Source: Candidatus Bathyarchaeia archaeon (GTDB lineage Archaea; Thermoproteota; Bathyarchaeia; 40CM-2-53-6). From it: a stretch of 64,000 nucleotides of DNA. The first letter of the stretch is position 1. Every line of letters begins with the position of its first letter. Positions 27,866 through 38,053 of the stretch are shown piece after piece. The notes under the pieces are model-generated. The model searched no databases and was not told the origin of the DNA. It saw only the letters and a list, made by a program, of their open reading frames with translations. The DNA lies in contig JBEKFP010000001.1 of NCBI GenBank assembly GCA_050013255.1, forward strand, positions 160,001-224,000, read 5' to 3'. The position numbers and the translations under genes are program-made.

Positions 27866-29118
27866 TCGTGGGCGCGGGCCCTGCTGGAATCGCAGCGGCC
27901 TATACGATGGCTAAAGCTGGGCTGAAGGTTCTCGTTCTCGAAAAAGGGGAGAAACCTGGCGCCAAGAACATGTTTGGCGGAATCATCTTCAGGCATCACA
28001 CTGAGAAACTTGCGCCCGAGTTCTGGAAAACAGCACCGGTCGAGCGGCACGTGATCGAATATCAATATTGGTTTCTCTCAAAAGACTCACACCTACTGTT
28101 AAGTCATAGAAATCAAAAGTTCAACGGCCAGTACAACGCCTTCACAGTCCACCGTGCAAAGTTTGACCCCTGGTTCGCTAAACTGGCGGAGGATGCGGGA
28201 GCAGTTATCATCAACAGAACCACTGTGGATGATGTTCTGGTTCAGGATGGAAGAATTGTCGGCGTCAAGACTGAACGCGGCGACATTCTGGCGGATGTTG
28301 TAATAGCAGCTGACGGCGTAAACTCAATGCTTGCCAAACAAGCGGGAATAAGGGAAGAGCTACCACAAGACGCCGTCGTATTAGCCGTGAAAGAGGTCAT
28401 TGCAATTCCAAAACAAAGGATTGAAGAGCGCTTCAACCTCGGCACGGATGAGGGGGTAGCCGCGTTACTGGTTGGTTGGGGACCTGGAATGCACGCTGGG
28501 TTCATGTACACTAACCGAGACACGATCTCCATTGGTATAGCCGTCAGCATGCGTGACCTAGACAAGAGCAAGCAACGCCCGAACGTTTTGTTTGAACAAT
28601 TCAAGAACCACCCGTCAATAGCCCCGCTAATCAAGGATGGGGAACTCAAAGAATATTCTGCCCACTTAATCCCTGAAGGCGGGTACGATTACGTAGCCAA
28701 CATCTACACGGATGGGATGCTCGTCGTTGGGGATGCTGCGATGTTGGTCAACGCTGTGAACTGGGAGGGCACAAACTTGGCTATGACTTCAGGAATTATC
28801 GCAGGAGAAACCGTCATCGAGGCCAAGAAGAAGAATGACTTCTCATCTAGAACCCTAAAGAAGTACAGGGAGAGATTGGAAGAAAGCTTTGTTCTGAAAG
28901 ATTTGAAGAAGTATAGGGGCATCCCGGAGTTCTTCTCATCAAACCCAGACTTCTTCACAGTTTACCCTGAAGCTCTTAACGAGCTCTTTTACATGTGGCA
29001 TGTCGTGGACGATGAATTCAAGGGGGACAGGATTAAGCGCATGAAGGCCACGCTTTTCAAACGGCGCTCAAGAATTAGCCTAATGCGAGATTTCTACCAT
29101 CTCTGGAGGCTATTCTGA
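27841..29118 (+). CDS. fixC: ETF:quinone oxidoreductase FixC
   Basis: GAGPAG, GAKNMFGG, EYSAHLIPEGG, VGDAA. Confidence 0.92.
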   Translation: MAEKFDSVVVGAGPAGIAAAYTMAKAGLKVLVLEKGEKPGAKNMFGGIIFRHHTEKLAPEFWKTAPVERHVIEYQYWFLSKDSHLLLSHRNQKFNGQYNAFTVHRAKFDPWFAKLAEDAGAVIINRTTVDDVLVQDGRIVGVKTERGDILADVVIAADGVNSMLAKQAGIREELPQDAVVLAVKEVIAIPKQRIEERFNLGTDEGVAALLVGWGPGMHAGFMYTNRDTISIGIAVSMRDLDKSKQRPNVLFEQFKNHPSIAPLIKDGELKEYSAHLIPEGGYDYVANIYTDGMLVVGDAAMLVNAVNWEGTNLAMTSGIIAGETVIEAKKKNDFSSRTLKKYRERLEESFVLKDLKKYRGIPEFFSSNPDFFTVYPEALNELFYMWHVVDDEFKGDRIKRMKATLFKRRSRISLMRDFYHLWRLF

Positions 29119-29402
29119 TGACTCAGCGTGTTCTGTCTATCGAGGACAAGCTGTACCGGAACCGCTACAAGGTCGACGAAGAATCACACCTGTGGATCAA
29201 AGATCCCAAAATGTGCCTGCGATGCCCTTTCGACTTTGCGTGCATCAGGGTCTGCCCCACGGACGTATACAAATGGGAAGAAAGCAAGATCACGATTACC
29301 TACGATGCTTGCGTAGAATGCGGGGCCTGCAGGATTGCTTGCTATGATGTCGGTTGGAAGAACCCGAAGGGCGGGTTTGGAATTTCTTACAAGTACGGGT
29401 GA
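29118..29402 (+). CDS. fixX: Ferredoxin-like FixX
   Basis: CLRC...CIRVCP, CVECGACRIAC, PKGGFG. Confidence 0.92.
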   Translation: MTQRVLSIEDKLYRNRYKVDEESHLWIKDPKMCLRCPFDFACIRVCPTDVYKWEESKITITYDACVECGACRIACYDVGWKNPKGGFGISYKYG

Positions 29403-29413
29403 AATCAGTCCCG

Positions 29414-30475
29414 CTATAGCTTGACCGATTCGTAAGTTACCTGTAGCATCTCGGTTTGGTTGCTCCAGTGAAACCTCGGCACGTGCCGCCTGAATCTCTT
29501 AAACCGTTGACTAAGCGCGTGGGTAACTATTGGGAGAGCAATCGTCGCGTCGGTGAAACACTGAACCATCCGAGAATGACGGTTGTACTTACCCCAGCTT
29601 TGCGCCTCTTCGAAGGTCGATCCGCTCAACCCGCCCCATTGGGGGACATCAGTCGTAAACTGAATCGCAAAGTCGTGCGTTCGGTCGTGACGGGTTTGGT
29701 AGCTTGCTATCACGGCCGTTTGTTGTATGAAATTCTTCGGAACACCCCCACCGACAATAATCACGGCCGTGTGGCTTGACTTCTCTGTAATCTTAGAACT
29801 CTCGTCAACATCCCGCATGTGGTCGACTATGATGCGGCGTCTCCTCCTCCTGTTTGCGAACATGAGCGAGAAACCTAACCCGCTGTCGCAAAATGCCGGG
29901 ACGAATATGGGGACGCCCATTTCGTATGCTGCTACACAGATTCCGTCCCTGCCTTTTGCCATTCGTGAAATCCATTTGCCAAACTCATGCATAATCTCAC
30001 GCGAGGAATACGGCCGTCCGGATTGGAGGTGTGAAGAGAATTCTTTCTCTATCATTACGTCTAGGTGGTAGAATTTTCGCTCGTCGGCATAGACATCGTA
30101 CATCCGGTCGATTCTGTTTCGCCTGAGCATTACGTTGTCTATTTGATCTGTTCCCTGGAAGTGTTTGCCACCGATAGTTTCGTAAGCATCATGATAGAGT
30201 GTTGCACCTGTCGTTACCAGCACGTCGACCATTCGCCGCCGTACTAGGTAGGTGATTAGTTCACGCATTCCTGCGGGAACCATGGCACCAGCAAGGCCTA
30301 ACCATATCACGATCTCGCGTTTCTTGAGCACCGCCGTCCAAGCGTCCGCGGCTTCACCAAGTTTCCGACCTTGAAACCCTGTGAGCGCCATATCGCCAAG
30401 TAATTCACTGATTGTTTTCTCCGGTTGAACTTCGATAGGTCGGGTAGGATGCCTTAGAACTTGTTCTCGCTGCAA
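29414..30475 (-). CDS. dys: Deoxyhypusine synthase family protein
   Basis: GAMVPAGMR, GGGVPKNF, GGLSG..EAQSWGK, DATIALP. Confidence 0.88.
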   Translation of the reverse strand: MQREQVLRHPTRPIEVQPEKTISELLGDMALTGFQGRKLGEAADAWTAVLKKREIVIWLGLAGAMVPAGMRELITYLVRRRMVDVLVTTGATLYHDAYETIGGKHFQGTDQIDNVMLRRNRIDRMYDVYADERKFYHLDVMIEKEFSSHLQSGRPYSSREIMHEFGKWISRMAKGRDGICVAAYEMGVPIFVPAFCDSGLGFSLMFANRRRRRRIIVDHMRDVDESSKITEKSSHTAVIIVGGGVPKNFIQQTAVIASYQTRHDRTHDFAIQFTTDVPQWGGLSGSTFEEAQSWGKYNRHSRMVQCFTDATIALPIVTHALSQRFKRFRRHVPRFHWSNQTEMLQVTYESVKL

Positions 30476-30542
30476 TGTTTCCGCCCAACTAATCCATATT
30501 TAGTTCAATTAAAGCCTACGAATTAGGAAATTCGCGTGCGAT

Positions 30543-30752
30543 TTATGATTCTCCTATAATTTCAGTAATCAGTTTTGCCTCGCTCGCACCTTTCTTGCTA
30601 TCTCCGTATTTCTTCCAATGCTTCTCGAACCGGTTTATTATTGCGAGCACGTCGGGTAAGGGCACCCAATCAGAAGTTATCGGGTAAATCTTCTCAGCTA
30701 TCGGAGATTTCCCAAGCGCCTTGACTTCACGCTTCACTTGTTCCAAGTTCAT
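30543..30752 (-). CDS. Hypothetical protein
   Basis: 69-aa ORF with SD-like GGAG upstream. Confidence 0.6.
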   Translation of the reverse strand: MNLEQVKREVKALGKSPIAEKIYPITSDWVPLPDVLAIINRFEKHWKKYGDSKKGASEAKLITEIIGES

Positions 30753-30823
30753 AGGTTCTCCATCCGAACCTCCTTATGCTTCGCGATTTGCATTTTAGCT
30801 TATTCTAATAGTGGAAAGATTCG

Positions 30824-32410
30824 TTATTTCAGCGCTTTCGTGGCTTTCGAAAACAGTTGTTTGTCGTAGCTCTTCGCTTCGATGATTGTAACTTTCATTT
30901 TTCTCCTAAACTTGGTCCTTATTGCTCGCGCAATTCTGCCTTGCCATGGTTCCTCTACGAAGATTAAGCAGCGTGCGTATGCTGCCGCTTTCAGGTATTC
31001 CGTGATCCGTCTCAGGGCGTTGTTTATCGCCATGTTGGTTGGTGAGAGGGCGCTCTCTGTTTGGGAAAGAGGGTAAACGTCGAGTAGTTCTTGAGGGACT
31101 ATTGCGAATGTGAGGCCGTACGCGCAAAGGTGAACGTCGCTTCGCCTCTCGAACCTTCGTAGCGGGGTTTGGAGGTTAGAATCCTCTCGGAATGGCTCCA
31201 GTTGGGATTCGGGGAGAAGAATCAGTTTCGTGGCGCGGGTCGGTGGACGGTATCTCTCGAGTAACCGCTTTTGGTAGCGAAGAACTTCTGGGCGGCGTAG
31301 GGAGGTCTCAGTGAAGATGAATGGACCCTTCTTCTTTCTTACGGGCGTTCCTTCCTCCAGATTCTCAGCGTAAGTTAGCAGTCTCTTGAATGCGGTGTGG
31401 AGGGCGGGGTGAGCTCGCGACCTTGTTTCAACAAGTTCCCAGAGCCTTCCATCAACTATGGCCTGCTTGATGGTTTGCAGCTCGCCCATGCACGTGTGTA
31501 GGTTATGGGATGCCAGGAAACGGTCCCGATCCATCAGGAGAAACTTCTTGACGTCATCAGGAGTTTTCTTGTGGCAGGCGGGGCAGCTGCAGGGGAAATA
31601 TTCCAAATCCTCAATCTTTGCTGTACCTTGAGTGGTCATGTAACGCCCGTTTCGAGCGAAGAGCGCATAGGCGGCGGAATCGAAGATGTCGCAACCTAAC
31701 GCCACCGCCAATGAGAACATCATGGGATGGCCCGCCCCGAACAAGTGCAGGGGTCTGTCTGGGGGCAAATTCAGTTTTGCGGCCATTATCATATCGACCA
31801 AGACGTCGTACCGATATTGTTGCATGACGGGAGTTGGGCTTCCGAGGGCGTAGATCTGGAAATCCCGTTTCGCCATTTCCTTGGCGGAGTAGGCTACAAG
31901 GTCCGGAAAAACGCCTCCCTGGATGGGCCCTACCCAGAGTATGTCCCGACGCTCGACAACCTTCAATGATTGGTCTGCCCTGCGCAAGGTCTCCTCAACA
32001 GTCCACTTAGCTCGGTCCTTGGACGCCTCCTGCCCTGTTGGCACGTCGAGTATGACCGCAATATCACTGTCCAAACGTTCCTGAAAGTGGATGATCTCGT
32101 TCGGTTGAACTTCCACATCGCCGTACTGAAGAATCTGGTAGGCACCAGAATCTGTCTCGACCACACCTTCGAAGTTCAGGAGTTGATGTATCTTCGGAAC
32201 GTCCTTTTCTCCACGAAATTTACGCCACACAAGGTAGGAGTTTGTGATTAGGGCGTCATATCCGAAGGTGTCGTGCAAGGCTTTTGCTGGAATTATCTGA
32301 GAATTTGGATTTACAACAGGCAGAAGTAACGGTGTCTGCAGCGTACCTCTTTTCGTTCGCAGTAGCCCGATTCGGCCTAGAAGGTCCTTGCTACGAATCT
32401 CGAAGGCCAT
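30824..32410 (-). CDS. tgtA: Archaeosine tRNA-guanine(15) transglycosylase
   Basis: TDSGAYQ, GPIQGG, HLFGAGHP, FDSAAY, CSCPAC..H. Confidence 0.95.
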   Translation of the reverse strand: MAFEIRSKDLLGRIGLLRTKRGTLQTPLLLPVVNPNSQIIPAKALHDTFGYDALITNSYLVWRKFRGEKDVPKIHQLLNFEGVVETDSGAYQILQYGDVEVQPNEIIHFQERLDSDIAVILDVPTGQEASKDRAKWTVEETLRRADQSLKVVERRDILWVGPIQGGVFPDLVAYSAKEMAKRDFQIYALGSPTPVMQQYRYDVLVDMIMAAKLNLPPDRPLHLFGAGHPMMFSLAVALGCDIFDSAAYALFARNGRYMTTQGTAKIEDLEYFPCSCPACHKKTPDDVKKFLLMDRDRFLASHNLHTCMGELQTIKQAIVDGRLWELVETRSRAHPALHTAFKRLLTYAENLEEGTPVRKKKGPFIFTETSLRRPEVLRYQKRLLERYRPPTRATKLILLPESQLEPFREDSNLQTPLRRFERRSDVHLCAYGLTFAIVPQELLDVYPLSQTESALSPTNMAINNALRRITEYLKAAAYARCLIFVEEPWQGRIARAIRTKFRRKMKVTIIEAKSYDKQLFSKATKALK

Positions 32411-32466
32411 TCAGAGTCGAGCTTCGCTCATTCAGTTGACTATCTATTTTCTTGGGGTTCGGCTGC

Positions 32467-32895
32467 TTAGGGTTGGGTTTGGGCTTTGACGAACTCATCG
32501 TAGACCTTTTGGACCCTTTCGGCTGCGGGTCCAGTGCCCTCAACTATTCCTTTTTCGGAGACTCGGATTCGATCCATTACGACTATTATTCCAGCCCCTT
32601 CGTTCACTCTTACCATTCTGGGAAAGACTCGTTCTAATCTATCCGCCAAGGCTGGTAGGTTGAACGGCTTCTCGGTGCTGAAAATCTGCATCACAGAATT
32701 GCCGTTGACGAAGAGTTTATTGAGAATTCGCCCCGAGTCATCTCTGGCACCACTTAGGCAGATGTTGAGGGAGTGGGGGTCAACTCCTGAAAGAACACCT
32801 GTGTAGTTCTTTCCGTCCGACATTACGACGGTAATCATCTTTTGGAGCTGGGCTGTAATTTCTTCCATAAACCTGCGATCTGGTAAAGATGACAT
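32467..32895 (-). CDS. Sm/Lsm protein with C-terminal extension (SmAP3 type)
   Basis: Sm1 V.MSDGKNYTGVLSGVD..LN plus ~65-aa C-terminal domain; next to tgtA. Confidence 0.85.
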   Translation of the reverse strand: MSSLPDRRFMEEITAQLQKMITVVMSDGKNYTGVLSGVDPHSLNICLSGARDDSGRILNKLFVNGNSVMQIFSTEKPFNLPALADRLERVFPRMVRVNEGAGIIVVMDRIRVSEKGIVEGTGPAAERVQKVYDEFVKAQTQP

Positions 32896-32935
32896 TGAAT
32901 TTCGCCACAACTGATAGCGCGTCAGGTTAGTAACG

Positions 32936-33172
32936 TTATCGGCGTTCGGCGTTAGTGTTAGCCTTCGGGTGTTGCTCCTGTGTCTTCATTTCCTGTAGGA
33001 CTTGTCTTGCTTCCTTGGGGTTTTTGGAGTGAGCGATGACTCTCGCGTCCTTTAGATTGACTCGTCGCCCACAGTATGGACAGGAGCGAGTTTTCTTATC
33101 TGAAACCGCGAGCAGAAGGCGGCCGCAGTGCGTACAGACGACTACGAGGTAATCTTTCTTCGGCTTGGACAC
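32936..33172 (-). CDS. DUF1922-like Zn-ribbon protein
   Basis: CTHCG...KTRSCPYCG; GTG start at 33172. Confidence 0.8.
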   Translation of the reverse strand: MSKPKKDYLVVVCTHCGRLLLAVSDKKTRSCPYCGRRVNLKDARVIAHSKNPKEARQVLQEMKTQEQHPKANTNAERR

Positions 33173-33176
33173 AGGC

Positions 33177-33776
33177 CTACCACTCCAAGTATCTAGCCAA
33201 CGAGTGTTCTTTGTCCAAGGTCGCAATCCAATCAATCTTTACCCTTCTTCGCGCCGGCTGAATGAGAATTCGCTTTGCAGTAGCCACGCACTTGTTAACA
33301 CTAATGTGAGACGTATCCACCTGAACTACTCGACTCAACCCAAACCACTTCACTGCATTGATAAGGCACACGTCCAGCATTTCTGCCAACACGTTTTCTC
33401 GAATTTTACTCTGCTTCCACTTCTTCTTACTTAGACGCCCCTCGAGAATTCTCGGGTGACAACGAAGCACGAAGACGAGTTTCACTAAATCCTTCGGGAT
33501 GATTCCTTCAGGTATGTGCGTATCGACGATTGTCGGGCGCCTTGTCTGCAATAAGAGGCGGTTCAGGCTTGCGTGTACACGAGCCAAGTTGACAACTCTG
33601 GATTCTCTCTCCCGATCAAAGCCTGTGTACAGTTTGCGTTCTGAGACGAATTGTGTGAGTGCGACGTAGTCTGCGCCAATTTCTTTTGCGAGCTTCTTAG
33701 CGAAGGTTGTTTTGCCTGTTCCTGGAGTTCCAGTGACCATGATTGCTAGGCGTGCTGTCTTTCTAGGCACTTTCAT
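33177..33776 (-). CDS. AK6/Fap7-type adenylate kinase
   Basis: GTPGTGKTT, VDTH, VLRCHP, KIRENVLAE. Confidence 0.9.
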   Translation of the reverse strand: MKVPRKTARLAIMVTGTPGTGKTTFAKKLAKEIGADYVALTQFVSERKLYTGFDRERESRVVNLARVHASLNRLLLQTRRPTIVDTHIPEGIIPKDLVKLVFVLRCHPRILEGRLSKKKWKQSKIRENVLAEMLDVCLINAVKWFGLSRVVQVDTSHISVNKCVATAKRILIQPARRRVKIDWIATLDKEHSLARYLEW

Positions 33777-33964
33777 TTTTCTGACCGTGGCCTCGGCTCC
33801 TGTTTACGTAAATATTCCCGAATTCCTTCCTTGATGACCTTGTAAAGCTCGGAGTATGGAAGAACCTGTATGTCCTTTACGCCTTTTTCGATCATGTAAT
33901 TTGAAAGGAAGGCCTGGAACCGCTCCTCTTCCGGGTTGATATTACGAATGTACCTTTCAAACAT
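33773..33964 (-). CDS. Hypothetical protein (63 aa)
   Basis: ATG at 33964; stop overlaps the AK6 start. Confidence 0.6.
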   Translation of the reverse strand: MFERYIRNINPEEERFQAFLSNYMIEKGVKDIQVLPYSELYKVIKEGIREYLRKQEPRPRSEK

Positions 33965-34053
33965 TCGCACTATTCGTGAGCTTACTCGGGCAAGGTATTC
34001 GGAATTAGTTACGGACAATCGGGCGCACATCTTAGGTTGCGCGGAACACTGGC

Positions 34054-34899
34054 TCATGCGAACGAGGAATCGAGCGTAACCTGATCCTTTTGGTTTAGTT
34101 TCCACCCCGCAGCTCCAGCGTTCTCTTTGACGTGATCCAATCGACCCGCCTTAGGTATGGCTACGACAGGGTCTTTCATTATGAGCCAGTTCAATGCCAC
34201 CTGTGACCTCGTCTTCCCATATTTTGCTGCAATCCTCTCGAGCACCTGCCAGCGTTCACCACGTCCTCCTCTTGAAATTTCCCCGCGTCCGACTGGGGAG
34301 TAGGCGATTATGGTAATGCGCTCTTTTGCGGCGAAGGGAAGCAAATCTTCCTCGATCGACCTATCCAGCAAACTGTATTCGACTTGATTGGAAGCTAGCT
34401 CTGTTTTCGAAAGTGCTGCTTCGGCTTCACGGGTTTGTTGCACAGAGAAGTTGCTGACCCCAACGTGGCGCACTTTGCCCTCTGCAACGAGGCGCTCCAT
34501 CCCCCTCATGGTTTCCGCTATAGGGACGCTGGGATTGGGCCAATGCACTTGGTACAGGTCTATGTAACTTGTCTGGAGGCGTTTTAGGCTGGACTCGCAT
34601 GAACGTAGCACATGCTCATACGAGAGGTTCTCCGCTGAAACTTTAGTCGCAATGAAAACGCTCTCTCGTTCACCCGTAGTGGCTTGGGCTACAACCTCTT
34701 CAGAATGCCCCGCGGCATACACCTCTGCGGTATCAATGAATCGCATTTCCAGTTCCAAACCCAGACGCAATGCCCGCACCGCCTCCTCTTCCCCTCCGAG
34801 GTGTTTGCTGCTGAGACCCCCCATACCCCATGTTCCCAAGCCTAACACTGGGATCTTGACGCTGCTCTTCCCGAGTTGCTTGAAATCCACACCTGCCAC
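34054..34899 (-). CDS. Aldo/keto reductase
   Basis: LGLGTW, IDTAEVY, ATKV, YIDLYQVHWP, GVSNF, AYSP. Confidence 0.93.
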   Translation of the reverse strand: MAGVDFKQLGKSSVKIPVLGLGTWGMGGLSSKHLGGEEEAVRALRLGLELEMRFIDTAEVYAAGHSEEVVAQATTGERESVFIATKVSAENLSYEHVLRSCESSLKRLQTSYIDLYQVHWPNPSVPIAETMRGMERLVAEGKVRHVGVSNFSVQQTREAEAALSKTELASNQVEYSLLDRSIEEDLLPFAAKERITIIAYSPVGRGEISRGGRGERWQVLERIAAKYGKTRSQVALNWLIMKDPVVAIPKAGRLDHVKENAGAAGWKLNQKDQVTLDSSFA

Positions 34900-34950
34900 C
34901 CCTGCTTAATTCTAATAACAACCTCCTTGATAATGGGGGGCTGATTTAGA

Positions 34951-35223
34951 TTGCGAATCGGAAGTGTGGATGACGCAAAAAGCGTCGTGAGGAAGTACAT
35001 AATTGGAACTAGGTCGCGGCACGGGAAAATTGCTTCCATAACTATTGAAGAGGAACCTAAAGGCCCAGATGACAAAGGTGTATGGGTTGTGAAGGGAACT
35101 TTCGTTACGGAAGAGGGCGAGAAAGAAGATTTTACTGCTGCTGTTACGTCCCGGGGCGAAGTAACGATGACACTACCACCCACTCCTAAGAGTGGGAAAG
35201 TCCCCTCAAAATTCGGCAGGTAA
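34951..35223 (+). CDS. Hypothetical protein (PepSY-like beta pattern)
   Basis: 90-aa ORF divergent from the AKR gene. Confidence 0.65.
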   Translation: MRIGSVDDAKSVVRKYIIGTRSRHGKIASITIEEEPKGPDDKGVWVVKGTFVTEEGEKEDFTAAVTSRGEVTMTLPPTPKSGKVPSKFGR

Positions 35224-35482
35224 ACGTGGGCTCTTTCCTTAAGAGGGACCAAGCCCCTTAGCTATGATGGAGCTTTATCAATTGCCATACATGCGATCGA
35301 AACCTAAACCAAAACCGCCAGCCTATTGGACCAAGGGCACAGTCACATGGTACAGCCGTTACAACAGTGACGGCAGGCAGGAAACCTAGATTCCTCGAGT
35401 TTTCGTCGACTGCCGGAAACATTGCACACATGCTCCTTGACGATTAGAAGAACCGCGGCATACGCCGAAGTTTTCTTTGCGC

Positions 35483-35923
35483 TCAGTGTTTCTTGCTTCT
35501 TCTGTCGGACCTATAGATGATTATGAACAACACGAACAATATCAGGCCAAGTAGATGGGCTAATTCACAGTCTGAACATATGGCGTGTATTATGGCAAGT
35601 TGAATGTAGTCCAAATAGATGATCGCGGGCACGCACAACGCTCCCACGGCGAAGCCGATCGTTGACGCCCTTCGAAAGCCGTATGCCCTCATGCCAGCGA
35701 GCAAGGTTAACAACGAAAACCATCCAACCGCAAGCAGGTGAATCGGGACGCTGTAGAAATAGGAGAAGGACGTTTGAAATACAGCTGGACACTGGGAACC
35801 TAGGATGCATGCTGTTAGAGCATTAGCGGATATGTACCATTGAAGCAGGTACAAACTGACACCTGCACCGATTATCCCTACAACAATGGCTCCAATCACA
35901 GCGTGTTTCAACATTTTTCTCAC
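35483..35923 (-). CDS. Vitamin K epoxide reductase (VKOR) family protein
   Basis: Loop C..C pair, VFQTSFS, C-terminal AICSDC..AH, 4 TM. Confidence 0.85.
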   Translation of the reverse strand: MRKMLKHAVIGAIVVGIIGAGVSLYLLQWYISANALTACILGSQCPAVFQTSFSYFYSVPIHLLAVGWFSLLTLLAGMRAYGFRRASTIGFAVGALCVPAIIYLDYIQLAIIHAICSDCELAHLLGLILFVLFIIIYRSDRRSKKH

Positions 35924-35972
35924 TAGAATAACTGCAGGTTTGCCAACTGAGACTCTTGTCGTATTAAGTGGC

Positions 35973-36608
35973 TCAGCTGGCGTTGGTAGCGTTGGTGATG
36001 GCGGCCGCTATTGTGTCTTCGGCCTGTTCGCCCTGAAAGGTTGTGAAAACTACACCGCTCTTGCCGATGATGAAGAAAGTTGGGGTCGAATTAACTCCAT
36101 ACTCAGTATTCATAACAGTGCCCGAGGAATCGTAGACATAAGTCCACCCCGTCCCATAGGTGCTAATGAATTTTGCAGCATCATTGGCCGACGCAGGGTT
36201 CCCATCCGGGCCGTTCCATGGTCCGGCAACGGAGATGAAAACAACATTTGGGTTGTTTTGATACTTGGTGTATAAATCCTGCAGGGCCGGAGCCATATGT
36301 TGGCAGTGGGTGCACCAAGGTTCCATGAACTCGAGGAATACAACTTTGCCCCGGAATGATGATAGGCTGATACTCTGCCCGGTTAGGCCGTTCGGTCCAA
36401 CTACGGGTAGGGTGAAATCTGGGGCTAAACTAGTTGACGAGGCAGTGGCAGAAGTCACAGTGGGCTGAGGAGCCGGGACGGAGGGTTGTACGACAGAATA
36501 GACTACCCAAACGGCGACAATTAGTATGATGGGTATGGCTACTTTCTCAGCCTTACTCAAGTGCACACGGTCACTCTTTCGGTTTTCCTTTTCTGGGCGA
36601 CGGCTCAA
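35973..36608 (-). CDS. Membrane-anchored TlpA/ResA thioredoxin-like protein
   Basis: TM, APDFTL, WCTHC, YGVNSTPT. Confidence 0.88.
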   Translation of the reverse strand: MSRRPEKENRKSDRVHLSKAEKVAIPIILIVAVWVVYSVVQPSVPAPQPTVTSATASSTSLAPDFTLPVVGPNGLTGQSISLSSFRGKVVFLEFMEPWCTHCQHMAPALQDLYTKYQNNPNVVFISVAGPWNGPDGNPASANDAAKFISTYGTGWTYVYDSSGTVMNTEYGVNSTPTFFIIGKSGVVFTTFQGEQAEDTIAAAITNATNAS

Positions 36609-36712
36609 GTTCTCTTCCCCTATGTGAGAGTACGCATTTCGCGGAGTATGATTAAGGTTTTCTCTCGAAAGCGTAGAGAGGATACTTTCACTTTGTAGAA
36701 CCACTAATAATA

Positions 36713-37051
36713 ATGGCTTCGCTCATTCACGACACGTCTGTCGTGACAGGATTTGGAATGATGCACATGAAACTTGAACGTTTCTCAAAGCGGGCAAGGT
36801 TCCTGACAGCCTGGAGCATAGCGTTGGGCTCCGCTCTAGCTGTAGGCAGCGTAATCTACCAGCAGTTGCAAGTACCGTTGGACACGTCCCAACAAACCAT
36901 CATAACCAGCTCGACGAAGGTTGTCGTAGTACTGATACCGGGGTTTCCGTTTGAATCAATTCTCCTCGGCTTTTTCCTTGGCATGTTGGCCCTTCTCGTG
37001 ATCAGACGAAGAGTTGGCCATAAGTTAGGATCGCACAACCGACAGAACTAG
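36713..37051 (+). CDS. Small membrane protein with IPGFPFESI-TM-RRR C-terminal anchor-like motif
   Basis: N-terminal TM; C-terminal P-G-F + TM + basic cluster resembling archaeal sorting signals. Confidence 0.55.
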   Translation: MASLIHDTSVVTGFGMMHMKLERFSKRARFLTAWSIALGSALAVGSVIYQQLQVPLDTSQQTIITSSTKVVVVLIPGFPFESILLGFFLGMLALLVIRRRVGHKLGSHNRQN

Positions 37052-37461
37052 GTCCTCTGGGCGCATCTTTGCGCGACCTGTGAAAAGATGGCCTAGCCTG
37101 ACTTGAATATAGCGCACGAAGATTGTGATCCCACAAAGAAGAAGCAAGAGAGGGTACGGCAGGACCTACTCGGTTGCTTGTTAAGCTATTGAGGATGCAA
37201 TGATGTAGCTGCTTGGACAAGCGCCGCCGTTGGGTGCCGCGTGATAGCCTTGCGAAAGTTGACCGGTTACTGTGACTTGTGATCCAATGGGTGGATGGGA
37301 TGACGGCATATTCGCCAGGTAGTAGTATTGTTGATTCATCCGGGTAAAGGGTACGAGCCATTGGTTGACTGGGTGCGGTTCGAGCCGAATGGGCCGGGAG
37401 GAACCGCACTAGGAGAACCGATAAAGCATTGATCGTTGATCACTGATGGCGTTGTTTAGCC

Positions 37462-37575
37462 ATGATGTCTAGGTTCGAGAAGGAAGGACAACGATTTGTG
37501 TGCGATAAGTGTGGTTTCGAAACGAACAGTTCAGAAATCTTCCCTTTACACAAGAAGAATTGTCCCAGAGTTTAG
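37462..37575 (+). CDS. C2HC zinc-finger microprotein (37 aa)
   Basis: MMSRFEKEGQRFVCDKCGFETNSSEIFPLHKKNCPRV: CxxC-x12-H-x3-C. Confidence 0.6.
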   Translation: MMSRFEKEGQRFVCDKCGFETNSSEIFPLHKKNCPRV

Positions 37576-37949
37576 CTTCCTCCGCCTGGGCCATGCGAAC
37601 TACACACAAAAACCCCGGTTCAATTTCAGGTGCGCGCACCATTAGACTCACACCTATGAAAAGTCTGGTTCTGCATGTGATTCTCGGGTGGCTCTTCTGC
37701 GTGGCGTTCAGGCCGTGCTAACCATTCTGTCCAGGAGCTTATGCTTTTCCTTGATCTTTTCCTCCATTCTCTTTTGGTTGGCCTGAACGCGGCAATCACC
37801 TATTCGCGCGCAGAGGCGCATTCAAGGGGCCGCTCCGAAGACTGCCCATTCACACACCCGACCGATATCGGTCATGTGGTTCTCGGGCTTACCAACCAAG
37901 AGAAATACTCACACCCTGGAACTTAGGACTTTTCATCCTTTCACACACG

Positions 37950-38053
37950 AAAAACCCTGGCCGAATTCCCTGTATCCTTCACGTTTCATCAAATAAGCAT
38001 GTTCAGCTATCTTCGCTGCGATTGCTGGCGGAATAGTTCTGGGAGCTTCAAAA
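37950..38053 (-). pseudogene. Remnant of split (SSV-type) tyrosine integrase
   Basis: Reads out of the tRNA-Leu att copy into AKIAEHAYLMKREGYRE, resembling the start of an integrase core-binding domain, then truncates. Confidence 0.55.

Noticed and set aside
37050-37440. Structured RNA (SRP or RNase P) in the gap
   Set aside because: No SRP helix-8 or RNase P conserved motifs recognised; looks like decayed coding sequence.
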